From NCBI GenBank assembly GCA_963720545.1, contig OY970399.1:3616001-3680000 (forward strand): a DNA stretch of 64,000 nt, read 5' to 3'. Shown piece after piece: positions 43,414 to 52,456 of the stretch. The notes under the pieces are model-generated. The model was not told the origin of the DNA and searched no databases. It saw nothing but the letters and a program-made list of their open reading frames with translations. Every line of letters starts with the position of its first letter. Positions within the stretch are counted from its first letter, which is position 1. The position numbers and the translations under genes are program-made. The DNA comes from an uncultured Acidobacteriota bacterium. GTDB lineage: Bacteria; Acidobacteriota; Vicinamibacteria; Fen-336.

Positions 43414-43595
43414 CGTTTTCCCGAGGAGTGCAGCCCTTGCGCTGCGACCGAGGGATCTCCCGTGTGTGTTGGACGGCCCATTCGTTTTCCAGAGGAGCTC
43501 AACGCTTGCTGCGGGTCCTTCGAACCAGCGCAAGCGCAAGTAGCCCTCAGGACATGGCCAAAGGAACGGACGCGGACGCAAGCGCCTGGGGAACG
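43414..43595. repeat. Cluster of direct and inverted REP-like units (BIME/REPIN-like)
   Basis: CGTTTTCC.GAGGAG...CTTGC units at 43414 and 43483; inverted unit at about 43516-43555. Confidence 0.55.
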
Positions 43596-43596
43596 A

Positions 43597-43646
43597 CAAG
43601 AAAGGAAATCGACGGATTGGACGGGGACGGGAGCCAATCCGTCGAT
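43597..43646 (-). terminator. Intrinsic terminator of the ferredoxin gene
   Basis: 13-bp stem ATCGACGGATTGG/CCAATCCGTCGAT followed by TTCCTTTCTT on the minus strand. Confidence 0.7.
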
Positions 43647-43653
43647 GACTAGA

Positions 43654-43980
43654 CTACTCCCAAGGAATATCTGGCATGAGGAGGCGGGCTACCGGGATGC
43701 CCTGTTGCAGGTGGCTCGTGCAGATCTCGTCGAGGTCGGCGAGGGTGACGTGGGCGTACCAAACGTTGTCCGGTTGCACTGCGACTGTCACGCCCTGGCT
43801 GCAGTGCTTCAGGCAGCCGGTGCGGGTCACCATCACGGACTGGCGCAGGCCCAGGTCTCTCACGCGGTCCTTGAGCGAGTCGTAGACCGCCTCCGCGTCC
43901 TTCTCGAAGCAGCAACCCTTGCGGCTTCCGGGCGGACGTTCGTTGAGGCAGACGAGCACCTGTCGTACGGGTTTCGGCAT
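43654..43980 (-). CDS. Thioredoxin-like [2Fe-2S] ferredoxin
   Basis: VC.NER...GCC...TGCLKHC..G...V.PDNVWY. Confidence 0.9.
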   Translation of the reverse strand: MPKPVRQVLVCLNERPPGSRKGCCFEKDAEAVYDSLKDRVRDLGLRQSVMVTRTGCLKHCSQGVTVAVQPDNVWYAHVTLADLDEICTSHLQQGIPVARLLMPDIPWE

Positions 43981-44007
43981 GTCTTCCGATTGTAGGCGCG
44001 GCGCTCG

Positions 44008-45561
44008 CTACTTCGCGATTGCGGCGCGGCGCAGCACCCGGCCGGGCGTCTTGCCGGTGACCTTCGTGCCGTCGTAGACGAGCTCGCCGTTCACCCACAC
44101 GTTCTTGATGCCGGCCGAGGTGACCTGCGCGTCAGTTGTCGTCGCTCGGTCGGCAACCGTGTTCGGGTCGAAGATGACGAGGTCGGCGAAGGCGCCCTGC
44201 ACCACAGTGCCGCGGTCCTTGAAGCCCATGTGGGCAGCGCCCAGCGAGCTCATGCGCTCCACGGCCTGCTCGAGCGTCAGCACCTTGCGGTCGCGCACGT
44301 AGGTGCCGAGCACGCGCGGGAACGCGCCGAAGCCGCGCGGATGGCGGCCGCGCAGCTCGCCGTCGGTGCAGATGTTCGAATGTGGCCACTGCAGCAGCTT
44401 CTCGATGTCGCGTTCGTCCATGCTGGTGCCGATGACGCCTTCGGCGTCCTCGTTCGGATGTTGCTTTTCCCAGGCTGAAGACTCGGCGATCAGGTCCATC
44501 AGGGTCTGCGCGGCGTCCTTGTTGCGCAGTTTCGCGATCTCCGCGATCGTCTTGCCCGTGTAGCTCGGCTCGGGGCCGAACGCCGAAAGCAGCAGGCCCT
44601 CGGGAGTGGAAACCTCGCTCACCGCGTACTGCGCCGACTTCTTGTTGGTGAAGTCGCGCGCGGGGAACAGCACCTGCAGCGTCGACTGCCAGTAAGTGTA
44701 GGGATAGATGTCGGCCGTGATCTCGATGCCCTCGGCACGCGCCTTGTCGAGGATCGCGATGAGCTTGTCGGCCTGTCCCCAGAGGCTGTGCTGCGCCAGC
44801 TTCACGTGCGACACCTGCACCGGCAGCTTCGCCTCGCGGCCGATGTTGACGATCTCGTCCACCGCCTTCCAGAAGTAGCGGTCCTCGCTGCGGATGTGGC
44901 TGATATAACGGCCGCCGTAGGATGCCGCCACCTTCGCGAGATCGATCACCTCCGAAGGCGCCGAGAAGATGCCGGGGTCGTACTCGAGGCCGCTCGAGAG
45001 GCCGATGGCGCCGGCATTCATGCCTTCGTCCACCAGCGCCTTCATCTTGTCCACTTCGGCCGGGGTCGCCTTGCGCTTGAAGTCCTCGCCCATCACCTTG
45101 TCGCGCACCGATCCGTGGCCGACATAGCTCGCCAGATTGATGGCCGGCGGATTCTTGGCGAAGCCGTCGAGATAAGGGGCAAGCGGAATCTCCGAGCCGC
45201 CGTCCTGGCCGACGACGATGGTGGTGATTCCCTGGCTGACGACCGCGAGCGCGCCGCGTTCCTTGTCGAGCCCGCGGCTGTGATGGCTGTGAGTGTCGAT
45301 GAAACCGGGGGCGAGCACCATGCCGGTGGCGTCTACGATGTTGTCGTCATCGGTCGGCTTCAGGTCGCCGACCTCGGCGATGCGGTCGGCCTTGATGCGC
45401 ACGTTCGCAGCGCGGCCCGGCTGGCCGGTGCCGTCGATGAGCGTGGCACCGGTGATGAGGGTGCTCGTCTTCTCCCGGGGCGCCTCTTGTTTTGGCGCGC
45501 ATGCCGCGAGAAGGGCGGCGGGGACGAGGCTCGCGGCGAGGACCATGCGGCGCAGGTTCAT
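44008..45561 (-). CDS. N-acyl-D-amino-acid deacylase (lipoprotein)
   Basis: LAAC lipobox; PGFIDTHSH, SHIRSE, HPRGFGAFPRVL. Confidence 0.9.
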   Translation of the reverse strand: MNLRRMVLAASLVPAALLAACAPKQEAPREKTSTLITGATLIDGTGQPGRAANVRIKADRIAEVGDLKPTDDDNIVDATGMVLAPGFIDTHSHHSRGLDKERGALAVVSQGITTIVVGQDGGSEIPLAPYLDGFAKNPPAINLASYVGHGSVRDKVMGEDFKRKATPAEVDKMKALVDEGMNAGAIGLSSGLEYDPGIFSAPSEVIDLAKVAASYGGRYISHIRSEDRYFWKAVDEIVNIGREAKLPVQVSHVKLAQHSLWGQADKLIAILDKARAEGIEITADIYPYTYWQSTLQVLFPARDFTNKKSAQYAVSEVSTPEGLLLSAFGPEPSYTGKTIAEIAKLRNKDAAQTLMDLIAESSAWEKQHPNEDAEGVIGTSMDERDIEKLLQWPHSNICTDGELRGRHPRGFGAFPRVLGTYVRDRKVLTLEQAVERMSSLGAAHMGFKDRGTVVQGAFADLVIFDPNTVADRATTTDAQVTSAGIKNVWVNGELVYDGTKVTGKTPGRVLRRAAIAK

Positions 45562-45569
45562 GATGGCTC

Positions 45570-46763
45570 CTATCTGATGGACTGGAGGCGCTTGGCCTCG
45601 GCTTCGACGGCTTCCATGACGCGCAGGGTGTTGCCGCCGAGGATCTTGACGATGTCCGCTTCCGAATGGCCGCGCTTCAGCAGTTCGTAGGTGATCATGG
45701 GCAGCTTGGTGACGTTCTCCATGCCCACGGGCAGCGAGTCGACGCCGTCGAAGTCGGAGCCGAGGCCCACCGCATCGACGCCGCCCACCTTGATCGCGTG
45801 CTCGAAGTGCTCCATCAGCTTCGCGAGGCCCGGCGGCGGGATTGGCGGCAGCGCCTTGGCGGCCTTCATACCCTCGTCCGCCTGCTTCGCCTCGTCACCG
45901 GGATACTTCGCCTCCATCTCCGCCTTGATCTGGTCGGCGCGCGCCTGGCGCTTGAGGCGGAAGTCCTCGTCGAGGAACCCCGAGGCGAAGTTGATCTGGA
46001 TGACGCCGCCCTTCTTCGCCAGAGCGCGGATCATGTCGTCCGTCATGTTGCGCGGCGCGTTGCAGATGGCGCGGCACGAGGAATGCGAGGCGAACGGCGG
46101 TGCCGTCGCCACCTCGATGACGTTCTGGAAGGTGTCGTCGGAGACGTGCGAGATGTCGACGATCATGCCGATGCGGTTCATCTCGGCCACTACCCTGCGG
46201 CCGAGGACGTTGAGGCCGCTCCAGCGCGGCTTGTCGCCCGAGGAGTCGGCCCAGTCGTTGGTGTTCGAGTGGGTGAGGGTCATGTAGCGCACGCCCAGGT
46301 CGAAGAAGGAGCGCAGCGCGGGAATGCTGTTCTCGATGGCGTGCCCGCCCTCGATGCCCATGAGCGCCGCCACCTTGCCCTCGGCCTTCAGGCGGCGCAC
46401 GTCCGCCGCGGTGGTCGCGAGGCCCATCTTCTCGGGATAGCGCTCCACAGCGCGCCGCACCGAGTCGATCATGTCGAGCGCGCGCCGTGCCGAGCCGCCT
46501 TCCTTCGCGTACTTGCCCGCGACGTAGATCGCGAAGAACTCCGCGTCGAGGCCGCCTTCGCGCATCCTCGGCAGGTCCATGTGGGTTTTTTCGGAGCGGC
46601 TGCCGAAGTCGAGGCCCTCGTCGGTCATCGGCGAGGTGGTGTCGGAGTGCGTGTCCACCACGATCGCCTGCTTGTGGATCGCGAGCGCCTTCGCCCACAG
46701 GGGATCTTTCGCGACCGCGGGGTCGATCTGGGTCGCGAGCAGTGCGGCCATCAGCAGTGACAT
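45570..46763 (-). CDS. Membrane dipeptidase (M19)
   Basis: DTHSD, IEGG, DISH, SHS, RN, GSDFDG. Confidence 0.92.
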   Translation of the reverse strand: MSLLMAALLATQIDPAVAKDPLWAKALAIHKQAIVVDTHSDTTSPMTDEGLDFGSRSEKTHMDLPRMREGGLDAEFFAIYVAGKYAKEGGSARRALDMIDSVRRAVERYPEKMGLATTAADVRRLKAEGKVAALMGIEGGHAIENSIPALRSFFDLGVRYMTLTHSNTNDWADSSGDKPRWSGLNVLGRRVVAEMNRIGMIVDISHVSDDTFQNVIEVATAPPFASHSSCRAICNAPRNMTDDMIRALAKKGGVIQINFASGFLDEDFRLKRQARADQIKAEMEAKYPGDEAKQADEGMKAAKALPPIPPPGLAKLMEHFEHAIKVGGVDAVGLGSDFDGVDSLPVGMENVTKLPMITYELLKRGHSEADIVKILGGNTLRVMEAVEAEAKRLQSIR

Positions 46764-46820
46764 CTTTTTTTGGCCCTTCCCCCTTGTGCCGCAACAAATG
46801 ATGCCCGAGTATAACCAACC

Positions 46821-47672
46821 GTGGCCGCCGCACCGCTCGTCTCGACCGATTGGCTCGCCGCGCACGCGCGCGACCGCGGCGTCGTCATCGTCGATTCGCG
46901 CTGGTATCTCGACCCCGACAGGCGCGGCCAGGACGCGTACGACGCGGGCCACATCCCCGGCGCCATCTTCATGGACCTCGACAGCGAGCTGGCGGCGCCG
47001 GGAGGGAAGCGCGGCGGCCTGCTGGGCCGCCATCCCTGGCCGCCGCCCGAACAGGTGGAGGCGGTTATGGGCCGCCACGGCATCGACGAAACGAGCCTGG
47101 TCGTCGCCTACGACGACCAGGCGGGCGCCATCGCGGCGCGCCTCTGGTACGTGCTGCGCGCGTACGGCCACCAGAACGTTGCGGTGCTCGACGGCGGCAT
47201 CGCCAAGTGGATTGCCGAACGACGGCCGCTCGCAACCGACCTGCCGGCGGTCGAACCAAAGCGCTTCATCGCGCGTCCGGTGCCGCAGCGGATCGTGACG
47301 AAGGAAGAAGTCGCGGCGCTCGAGCGGTCCGCGCTCGTCATCGACGTGCGCGCGGGGGAGCGCTACCGCGGCGAACAGGAGCCGATCGACACCCGCGCCG
47401 GCCACATTCCGGGCGCCGTCAACATTCCTTACGCGAGCAACCTGACCGGTGGAGCGGTGCCGGTGATGCGCAGCCCCGAGGAGCTGCGCGAGCTCTATCG
47501 GTCGCAAGGCGCCGCGGACCGCGAGGCCGTCGTCTATTGCGGCTCGGGCGTCACTTCATGCCATACGATGCTGGCGCTCGAACTCGCCGGACTGCCCGGC
47601 ATTCTCTACCCGGGTTCGTGGAGCGAATGGAGTTCCGATCCGCGGATGCCGGTGGCGAGCGGCGGCGAGTGA
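46821..47672 (+). CDS. 3-mercaptopyruvate sulfurtransferase (double rhodanese)
   Basis: GHIPGA twice, YCGSGVTSC, YPGSWSEW. Confidence 0.92.
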   Translation: MAAAPLVSTDWLAAHARDRGVVIVDSRWYLDPDRRGQDAYDAGHIPGAIFMDLDSELAAPGGKRGGLLGRHPWPPPEQVEAVMGRHGIDETSLVVAYDDQAGAIAARLWYVLRAYGHQNVAVLDGGIAKWIAERRPLATDLPAVEPKRFIARPVPQRIVTKEEVAALERSALVIDVRAGERYRGEQEPIDTRAGHIPGAVNIPYASNLTGGAVPVMRSPEELRELYRSQGAADREAVVYCGSGVTSCHTMLALELAGLPGILYPGSWSEWSSDPRMPVASGGE

Positions 47673-47675
47673 GCC

Positions 47676-48509
47676 CTACTTGCTGAGGACGTAGAACGGG
47701 CGGCGGCGCCCGAGTTCCTCGACCGGGATGAAGTTGGAGGCGACGTAGCCGCGTCCGAGATAGGTCTTGAGCCCGGCTGCGATCCGCGCCTGCCAGCTCT
47801 CCGCCACCTTGGGAGCGGCGCGGCTCAGCACGTCCCATTCGGGCGGGATCTCGAGCAACACCTGCGGATCGTTCAGGTCGAGCACTGGCTCGGATGAAAC
47901 CGGCCAGCCGCCTTGCCATTTCACTTCGTTGATGCGCGGCAGGTCGGGGGCCACGGTTTGCGGCGGCAGTGGCGTGTTGGCGGCGCGTTCCTGCACGCGC
48001 TGGCTGTTGAGCTCCCAGCGCACCAGCAGGCGGTGGGTCGGCATGCCGTGATGCAGCACCGACGACGTGACGCCGTAGAAGTTCTCGAGGAACTCGCGCG
48101 AGATGGCGCCGAGGCGCCGCAGGTTGAGGTGCGCGTTGCGCGACTGCATCGGGTCGAACGTCCAGGTGATCAGGTCGATGCCGCGCCCCAGCGCCGCCTC
48201 GCGCTGCGCCCACTTGATGCGGATGCCGACGCCGCGCTTCTGGTATTCGGGCACCACGGCAACCATGTCGGAGTGCATGAAGCCGTGGCCCGAGTGCAGG
48301 GCGGGGAAGGCGTAGCCGAAGCCGATGATGCGGCCGCCGGGCACCGTCTCGGCGAGGTGCACCATGCCGCCCGCGTGCTGGGCCGCGATGAACTGCAGCG
48401 CGGGGATGATCTCGAGGTCGGGCAGTCCCCAGACGATGCGCTGCAGCTCCACGCAGGCATCGAAGTCGGCGCGGCCTTCGGCCATACGAATTCGTACGTC
48501 TTCTTGCAT
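47676..48509 (-). CDS. GNAT family acyltransferase
   Basis: LQRIVWG, HS.MVAV, KWAQR, WTFDP...NA.LNL..LG, N.YG. Confidence 0.85.
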   Translation of the reverse strand: MQEDVRIRMAEGRADFDACVELQRIVWGLPDLEIIPALQFIAAQHAGGMVHLAETVPGGRIIGFGYAFPALHSGHGFMHSDMVAVVPEYQKRGVGIRIKWAQREAALGRGIDLITWTFDPMQSRNAHLNLRRLGAISREFLENFYGVTSSVLHHGMPTHRLLVRWELNSQRVQERAANTPLPPQTVAPDLPRINEVKWQGGWPVSSEPVLDLNDPQVLLEIPPEWDVLSRAAPKVAESWQARIAAGLKTYLGRGYVASNFIPVEELGRRRPFYVLSK

Positions 48510-48562
48510 GGGCCGCGAGTGTAACACGCAGGTTTGCGCCGCCGGGGCTAGACTGCGGCGCC

Positions 48563-49954
48563 ATGGCAACAACGACGGCAGAGCCGCAACGCGCCACGCT
48601 TCTGCGGGGGCTGTCGATGTGGGACGGCGCCCTCATCACCATCGGCTCCATCCTCGGCACCGGGATCTTCCTCACCACATCCGACATCGCCCGGGTCCTG
48701 CCGCATCCGGGGCTGCTCGTGCTGGTGTGGGCGGTGGGCGGGCTGCTGACGCTGGCGGGCGCTCTCAGCTACGCGGAGCTCGGCGCCATGTACCCGAAGG
48801 CCGGCGGGCAGTATCACTACCTGACGCATGCCTACGGCCCGCTGTGGGGGTTCCTGTTCGGATGGGCGTGCTTCCTCGTCATCATGTCGGGCGGCCTGGC
48901 GACGCTCGCGGTCGGCTTCGGCGAGTATCTCGGCTCGTTCATCCCGTTCTTCTCGACGCAGCACATCCTGTTGAGCCTGCCGCTCGGCTCCTGGAACTTC
49001 CAGATCAACGGCGGACAGCTCGCAGGTGCGCTGGCGATGGTGATGCTGTCGGCAATCAACTACTACGGCCTGCGCGAGAGCACCTTCTTCCAGAACGCCG
49101 TTACCTTGCTGAAGGTGGGCTCGCTCGCGGCGCTCGTCATCTTCGGCCTGTTCGCCTCGGCGCCGGTGACCCCCGATTACTTCGCGCCGCTGCCCGTCGG
49201 TCCGGGGCTGCTTACGGCCATCGGGGTCAGCATGATCTCGGTGCTCTGGACGTTCGACGGCTGGTACGGCATCACGGCACTCGCCGGCGAGATGCGCAAG
49301 CCAGAGCGCGACCTGCCGCGCAGCATCGTCCTCGGCACACTCGCCGTGACGGTCATCTACGTGCTCGTCAACATCGTCTACACGCGCGCCCTGCCGATCG
49401 CTCAGATGGCGGAGTCGCAGCGCATCGGCGAGGCGGCGGCATCGTCGCTGTTCGGCCTCGGCAGCGCGCGGCTCGTCTCGCTCGCGGTGCTCATCTCCAC
49501 CTTCGGCTGCATCTCCTCGACCATCCTTTACTGCACGCGCATCTACCTGGCGATGGCCGAGGACGGCCTGTTCTTCCGCAGGCTGGCGGTGATCCACCCG
49601 AAATACCGCACGCCCGGCGCCAGCATCGTCGCGCAGGGCGTGTGGGCCACCGTGCTCACTTTCTCCGGCAGCTACGCGCAGCTCTACACCTATGTGGTGT
49701 TCGCTTCGACCCTGTTCCTCACCGCCACCGGCGTCGCGGTGTTCGTGCTGCGCCGCACCCAGCCCGGCACACCCCGCCCGTATCGCTGCTGGGGCTACCC
49801 CTGGGTGCCGGCTCTCTTCGTCCTTTCGTCGGCGGTGCTCGGCGTCAACACGCTGCTCGAGAAGCCGATGGAGTCGTGGATGGGGCTGCTCCTCGTTGCC
49901 GCCGGCATCCCGGCATACCACTATTGGCGGAAGCGCTCGAGCACGGCCGCGTAG
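48563..49954 (+). CDS. APC family amino-acid permease
   Basis: IGSILGTGIF, YAELG, FDGW, PYRCWGYP. Confidence 0.92.
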   Translation: MATTTAEPQRATLLRGLSMWDGALITIGSILGTGIFLTTSDIARVLPHPGLLVLVWAVGGLLTLAGALSYAELGAMYPKAGGQYHYLTHAYGPLWGFLFGWACFLVIMSGGLATLAVGFGEYLGSFIPFFSTQHILLSLPLGSWNFQINGGQLAGALAMVMLSAINYYGLRESTFFQNAVTLLKVGSLAALVIFGLFASAPVTPDYFAPLPVGPGLLTAIGVSMISVLWTFDGWYGITALAGEMRKPERDLPRSIVLGTLAVTVIYVLVNIVYTRALPIAQMAESQRIGEAAASSLFGLGSARLVSLAVLISTFGCISSTILYCTRIYLAMAEDGLFFRRLAVIHPKYRTPGASIVAQGVWATVLTFSGSYAQLYTYVVFASTLFLTATGVAVFVLRRTQPGTPRPYRCWGYPWVPALFVLSSAVLGVNTLLEKPMESWMGLLLVAAGIPAYHYWRKRSSTAA

Positions 49955-50014
49955 TATTCTTGGCCGCCACCGCCGGTGGTGTCACGACGGACCATATGCC
50001 TTGAGGAGATCGGT

Positions 50015-50884
50015 GTGAAAACCATGTTGCGGCCAGCGGCCGCTTTCCTGATTGTTGCGGCTCTCGCCTTTGCCGCGTCGTGCGGTGACGACAAGAAGAG
50101 CCCCACCGGCTCCAGCGCCTCGCCCACACCGACGCCGACCCCGGTGCCGACGCCCACGCCGACTCCGACGCCGACGCCCGGCGCCGAGTTCGCTTGCGGT
50201 GCCACGATCGTGAGCGGCGGCGGCGGCTGCAGCGACGCCCACGGGCCGGTCTACTCGAAGGCGGTCGAGGATGCGATCGATTTTGCGATCGCCACCGGCA
50301 CCGGCACCGCCGGCAACAAGATCACGAGCACGGGCAAGTACGTGCTGGCAGTGCTCGGGCACCTCGAGGACGCCGGCTATTGCGTCGATTACGACGGTGA
50401 AGAACTGAACATCAAGCGCAACAACGATTTCCAGGAAAATTACGACATCGTGCTGGCGAGCGGCTTCATTCGCCGTGGCACGGGCTCCTTCCGCGTGCGC
50501 TGCACGCCTGCGCAGTTTCCGCTGCCCCAGGAGCCGATCTTCCCGGTGGGCGGCTGCCTCCCCGGCGCCAGCCGCGAAAAGGTCTGCGGGCGCGACGACG
50601 ACGGCGCCGTGATGCTCGATCCGATCGAGGCGGCGATCAACCATGCGCTCGCCCTGCGTCCCACGAACTACCGCGACCAGCACGTCATCGACGGCCACCT
50701 CTACCAGACCGATGTCGTCGATGCGCTGAAGGCGGCCGGCTTCTGCGCCAAGACCAACTTCGAGGAAGTGAGCGTCAAGCTGGACAACGAGTTCTCCGAG
50801 AACTACGACATCCTGCTCGCCAACAACACGCTGCGCCGCGGGCGCGGCGCCTATCGCGTTTCCTGCTGGCCAGCGGGCTTCTGA
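50015..50884 (+). CDS. Lipoprotein with Pro/Thr linker and a duplicated Cys-containing domain
   Basis: AASC lipobox; (PT)n; two copies of AG.C....EE...K.NN.F.ENYDI.LA....RRG.G..RV.C.PA.F. Confidence 0.8.
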   Translation: MKTMLRPAAAFLIVAALAFAASCGDDKKSPTGSSASPTPTPTPVPTPTPTPTPTPGAEFACGATIVSGGGGCSDAHGPVYSKAVEDAIDFAIATGTGTAGNKITSTGKYVLAVLGHLEDAGYCVDYDGEELNIKRNNDFQENYDIVLASGFIRRGTGSFRVRCTPAQFPLPQEPIFPVGGCLPGASREKVCGRDDDGAVMLDPIEAAINHALALRPTNYRDQHVIDGHLYQTDVVDALKAAGFCAKTNFEEVSVKLDNEFSENYDILLANNTLRRGRGAYRVSCWPAGF

Positions 50885-50887
50885 GGC

Positions 50888-52450
50888 GTGGCCGCGGAAC
50901 GCGTCACCTACGCGACGCTTGCCGCCGGCCAGACCGAAGACTTCGGCCGCCGCTACGATGAGGCGGCGGCTGCGGTGTTGGCGCAGCAAGGCGCAAGCCA
51001 CGGCCACGTCATCGACGGCCGCGAGGTTGCGGTCGCCGAAAGCCTGGACGACCGCAGCCCTTCCGACACACGCATCGTCCTCGGCAGTTTCGCGGTGGGC
51101 GACAAGAGCGCGGTGGATGCAGCGGTCGCTGCCGCACGCCGCGGGTTCGCGCCCTGGAGCGCAAGGCCGTGGGCGGAACGCTGCGCGGTGCTGCGCCGCG
51201 CCGCGGACCTGATCGACACGCGCGGCTTCGAGCTGTCTGCGCTCCTCAGCGTCGAGGTCGGCAAGAACCGGCTCGAGGCGATGGGCGACGTCACCGAAAC
51301 CGCCGACCTCATCCGCTACTACTGCGACCAGGTCGAGGCGAACCAGGGCTTCGCCCGTCCGATGGGGCAATTCACGCCGCAGGAGAAGACCTTCTCGGTG
51401 CTGCGGCCGTACGGGGTCTTCGGCATCATCGCTCCCTTCAATTTCCCGGCTGCCCTCCTCGGCGGGCCGGCGTCGGGCGCGCTCGTCGCTGGCAACACCG
51501 TGGTGCTGAAGCCGAGCGCCGAGGCGCCGCTCGCAGGGCTTCGCTTCTATTCGATCTTCCGCGAGGCGGGCGTGCCCGGCGACGCGCTGCAGCTGGTGTT
51601 CGGGCCCGGCGCAACCGGTGCCCTTCTCGCCAACCATCCGGGCCTCGACGGCTTGCTCTTCACCGGCTCGAAGGAAGTGGGACTGCCGCTCCTCGCGCAC
51701 TTCAGCCGCGACTACCCGAAGCCCTGCATCGTCGAGATGGGCGGCAAGAACCCGGCGATCGTCATGCCGAGCGCCGACCTCGACGCCGCGAGCGACGGGG
51801 TGATGCGTTCCGCGTTCGGGCTGCAGGGGCAGAAGTGCAGCGCTTGTTCGCGCGTCTACGTGCACCGTGAAGTCGAAGCAGAGTTCACGAAGCGGCTGGT
51901 CGAGAAGACGGCAAAGCTCACCATCGGCGACCCGGCGCGCAGCGCTTCGTTTCTCGGACCGGTGATCCACAGCCGCGCCGTGGACACCTATGCGCGCGCC
52001 GCAGACGAGGCGCGGCGCGACGGCAAGGTGCTCGCCGGCGGCGAAGTATTGCGCGACGGCGACAAGGCGCACGGCCATTTCGTCGCGCCGACGATCGTCG
52101 CCGGCCTGCCCAAGGAACATCGCCTCTTCCGCGACGAGCTGTTCGTGCCGTTCGTGGCGATTGCGCCCGTGAGCTCGCTGGGCGAAGCGATCGACCTTGC
52201 GAACCGCACCGAGTACGGTCTGACCGCCGGCTTTTTTAGCGCGCAGCAGCAGGAAATCGACACCTTCCTCGAGCGCATCGAGGCCGGAGTCGTCTACATC
52301 AACCGCCGCGCCGGCGCCACCACCGGCGCCTGGCCGGGAGTGCAGCCGTTCGGCGGCTGGAAGGCGAGCGGCTCGTCGGGCAAGGCTTCGGGCGGGCTCT
52401 ACTACGTTCAGCAATTCATGCGGGAACAAAGCCGGACCATCGTCGAGTAG
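50888..52450 (+). CDS. Aldehyde dehydrogenase (P5C dehydrogenase-like)
   Basis: PFNFP, FTGS, EMGGKN, GQKCSACSR, QPFGGWK.SG. Confidence 0.9.
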   Translation: MAAERVTYATLAAGQTEDFGRRYDEAAAAVLAQQGASHGHVIDGREVAVAESLDDRSPSDTRIVLGSFAVGDKSAVDAAVAAARRGFAPWSARPWAERCAVLRRAADLIDTRGFELSALLSVEVGKNRLEAMGDVTETADLIRYYCDQVEANQGFARPMGQFTPQEKTFSVLRPYGVFGIIAPFNFPAALLGGPASGALVAGNTVVLKPSAEAPLAGLRFYSIFREAGVPGDALQLVFGPGATGALLANHPGLDGLLFTGSKEVGLPLLAHFSRDYPKPCIVEMGGKNPAIVMPSADLDAASDGVMRSAFGLQGQKCSACSRVYVHREVEAEFTKRLVEKTAKLTIGDPARSASFLGPVIHSRAVDTYARAADEARRDGKVLAGGEVLRDGDKAHGHFVAPTIVAGLPKEHRLFRDELFVPFVAIAPVSSLGEAIDLANRTEYGLTAGFFSAQQQEIDTFLERIEAGVVYINRRAGATTGAWPGVQPFGGWKASGSSGKASGGLYYVQQFMREQSRTIVE

Positions 52451-52456
52451 CACAGC

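Noticed and set aside
43414..43595. 6S RNA
   Set aside because: Size and rod shape fit, but the pairing is explained by inverted repeat units also found at 32049, and no promoter or typical 6S gene context is evident; not formally excluded
50121..50180. Tandem repeat or CRISPR array
   Set aside because: Coding Pro-Thr linker; no spacers or cas genes
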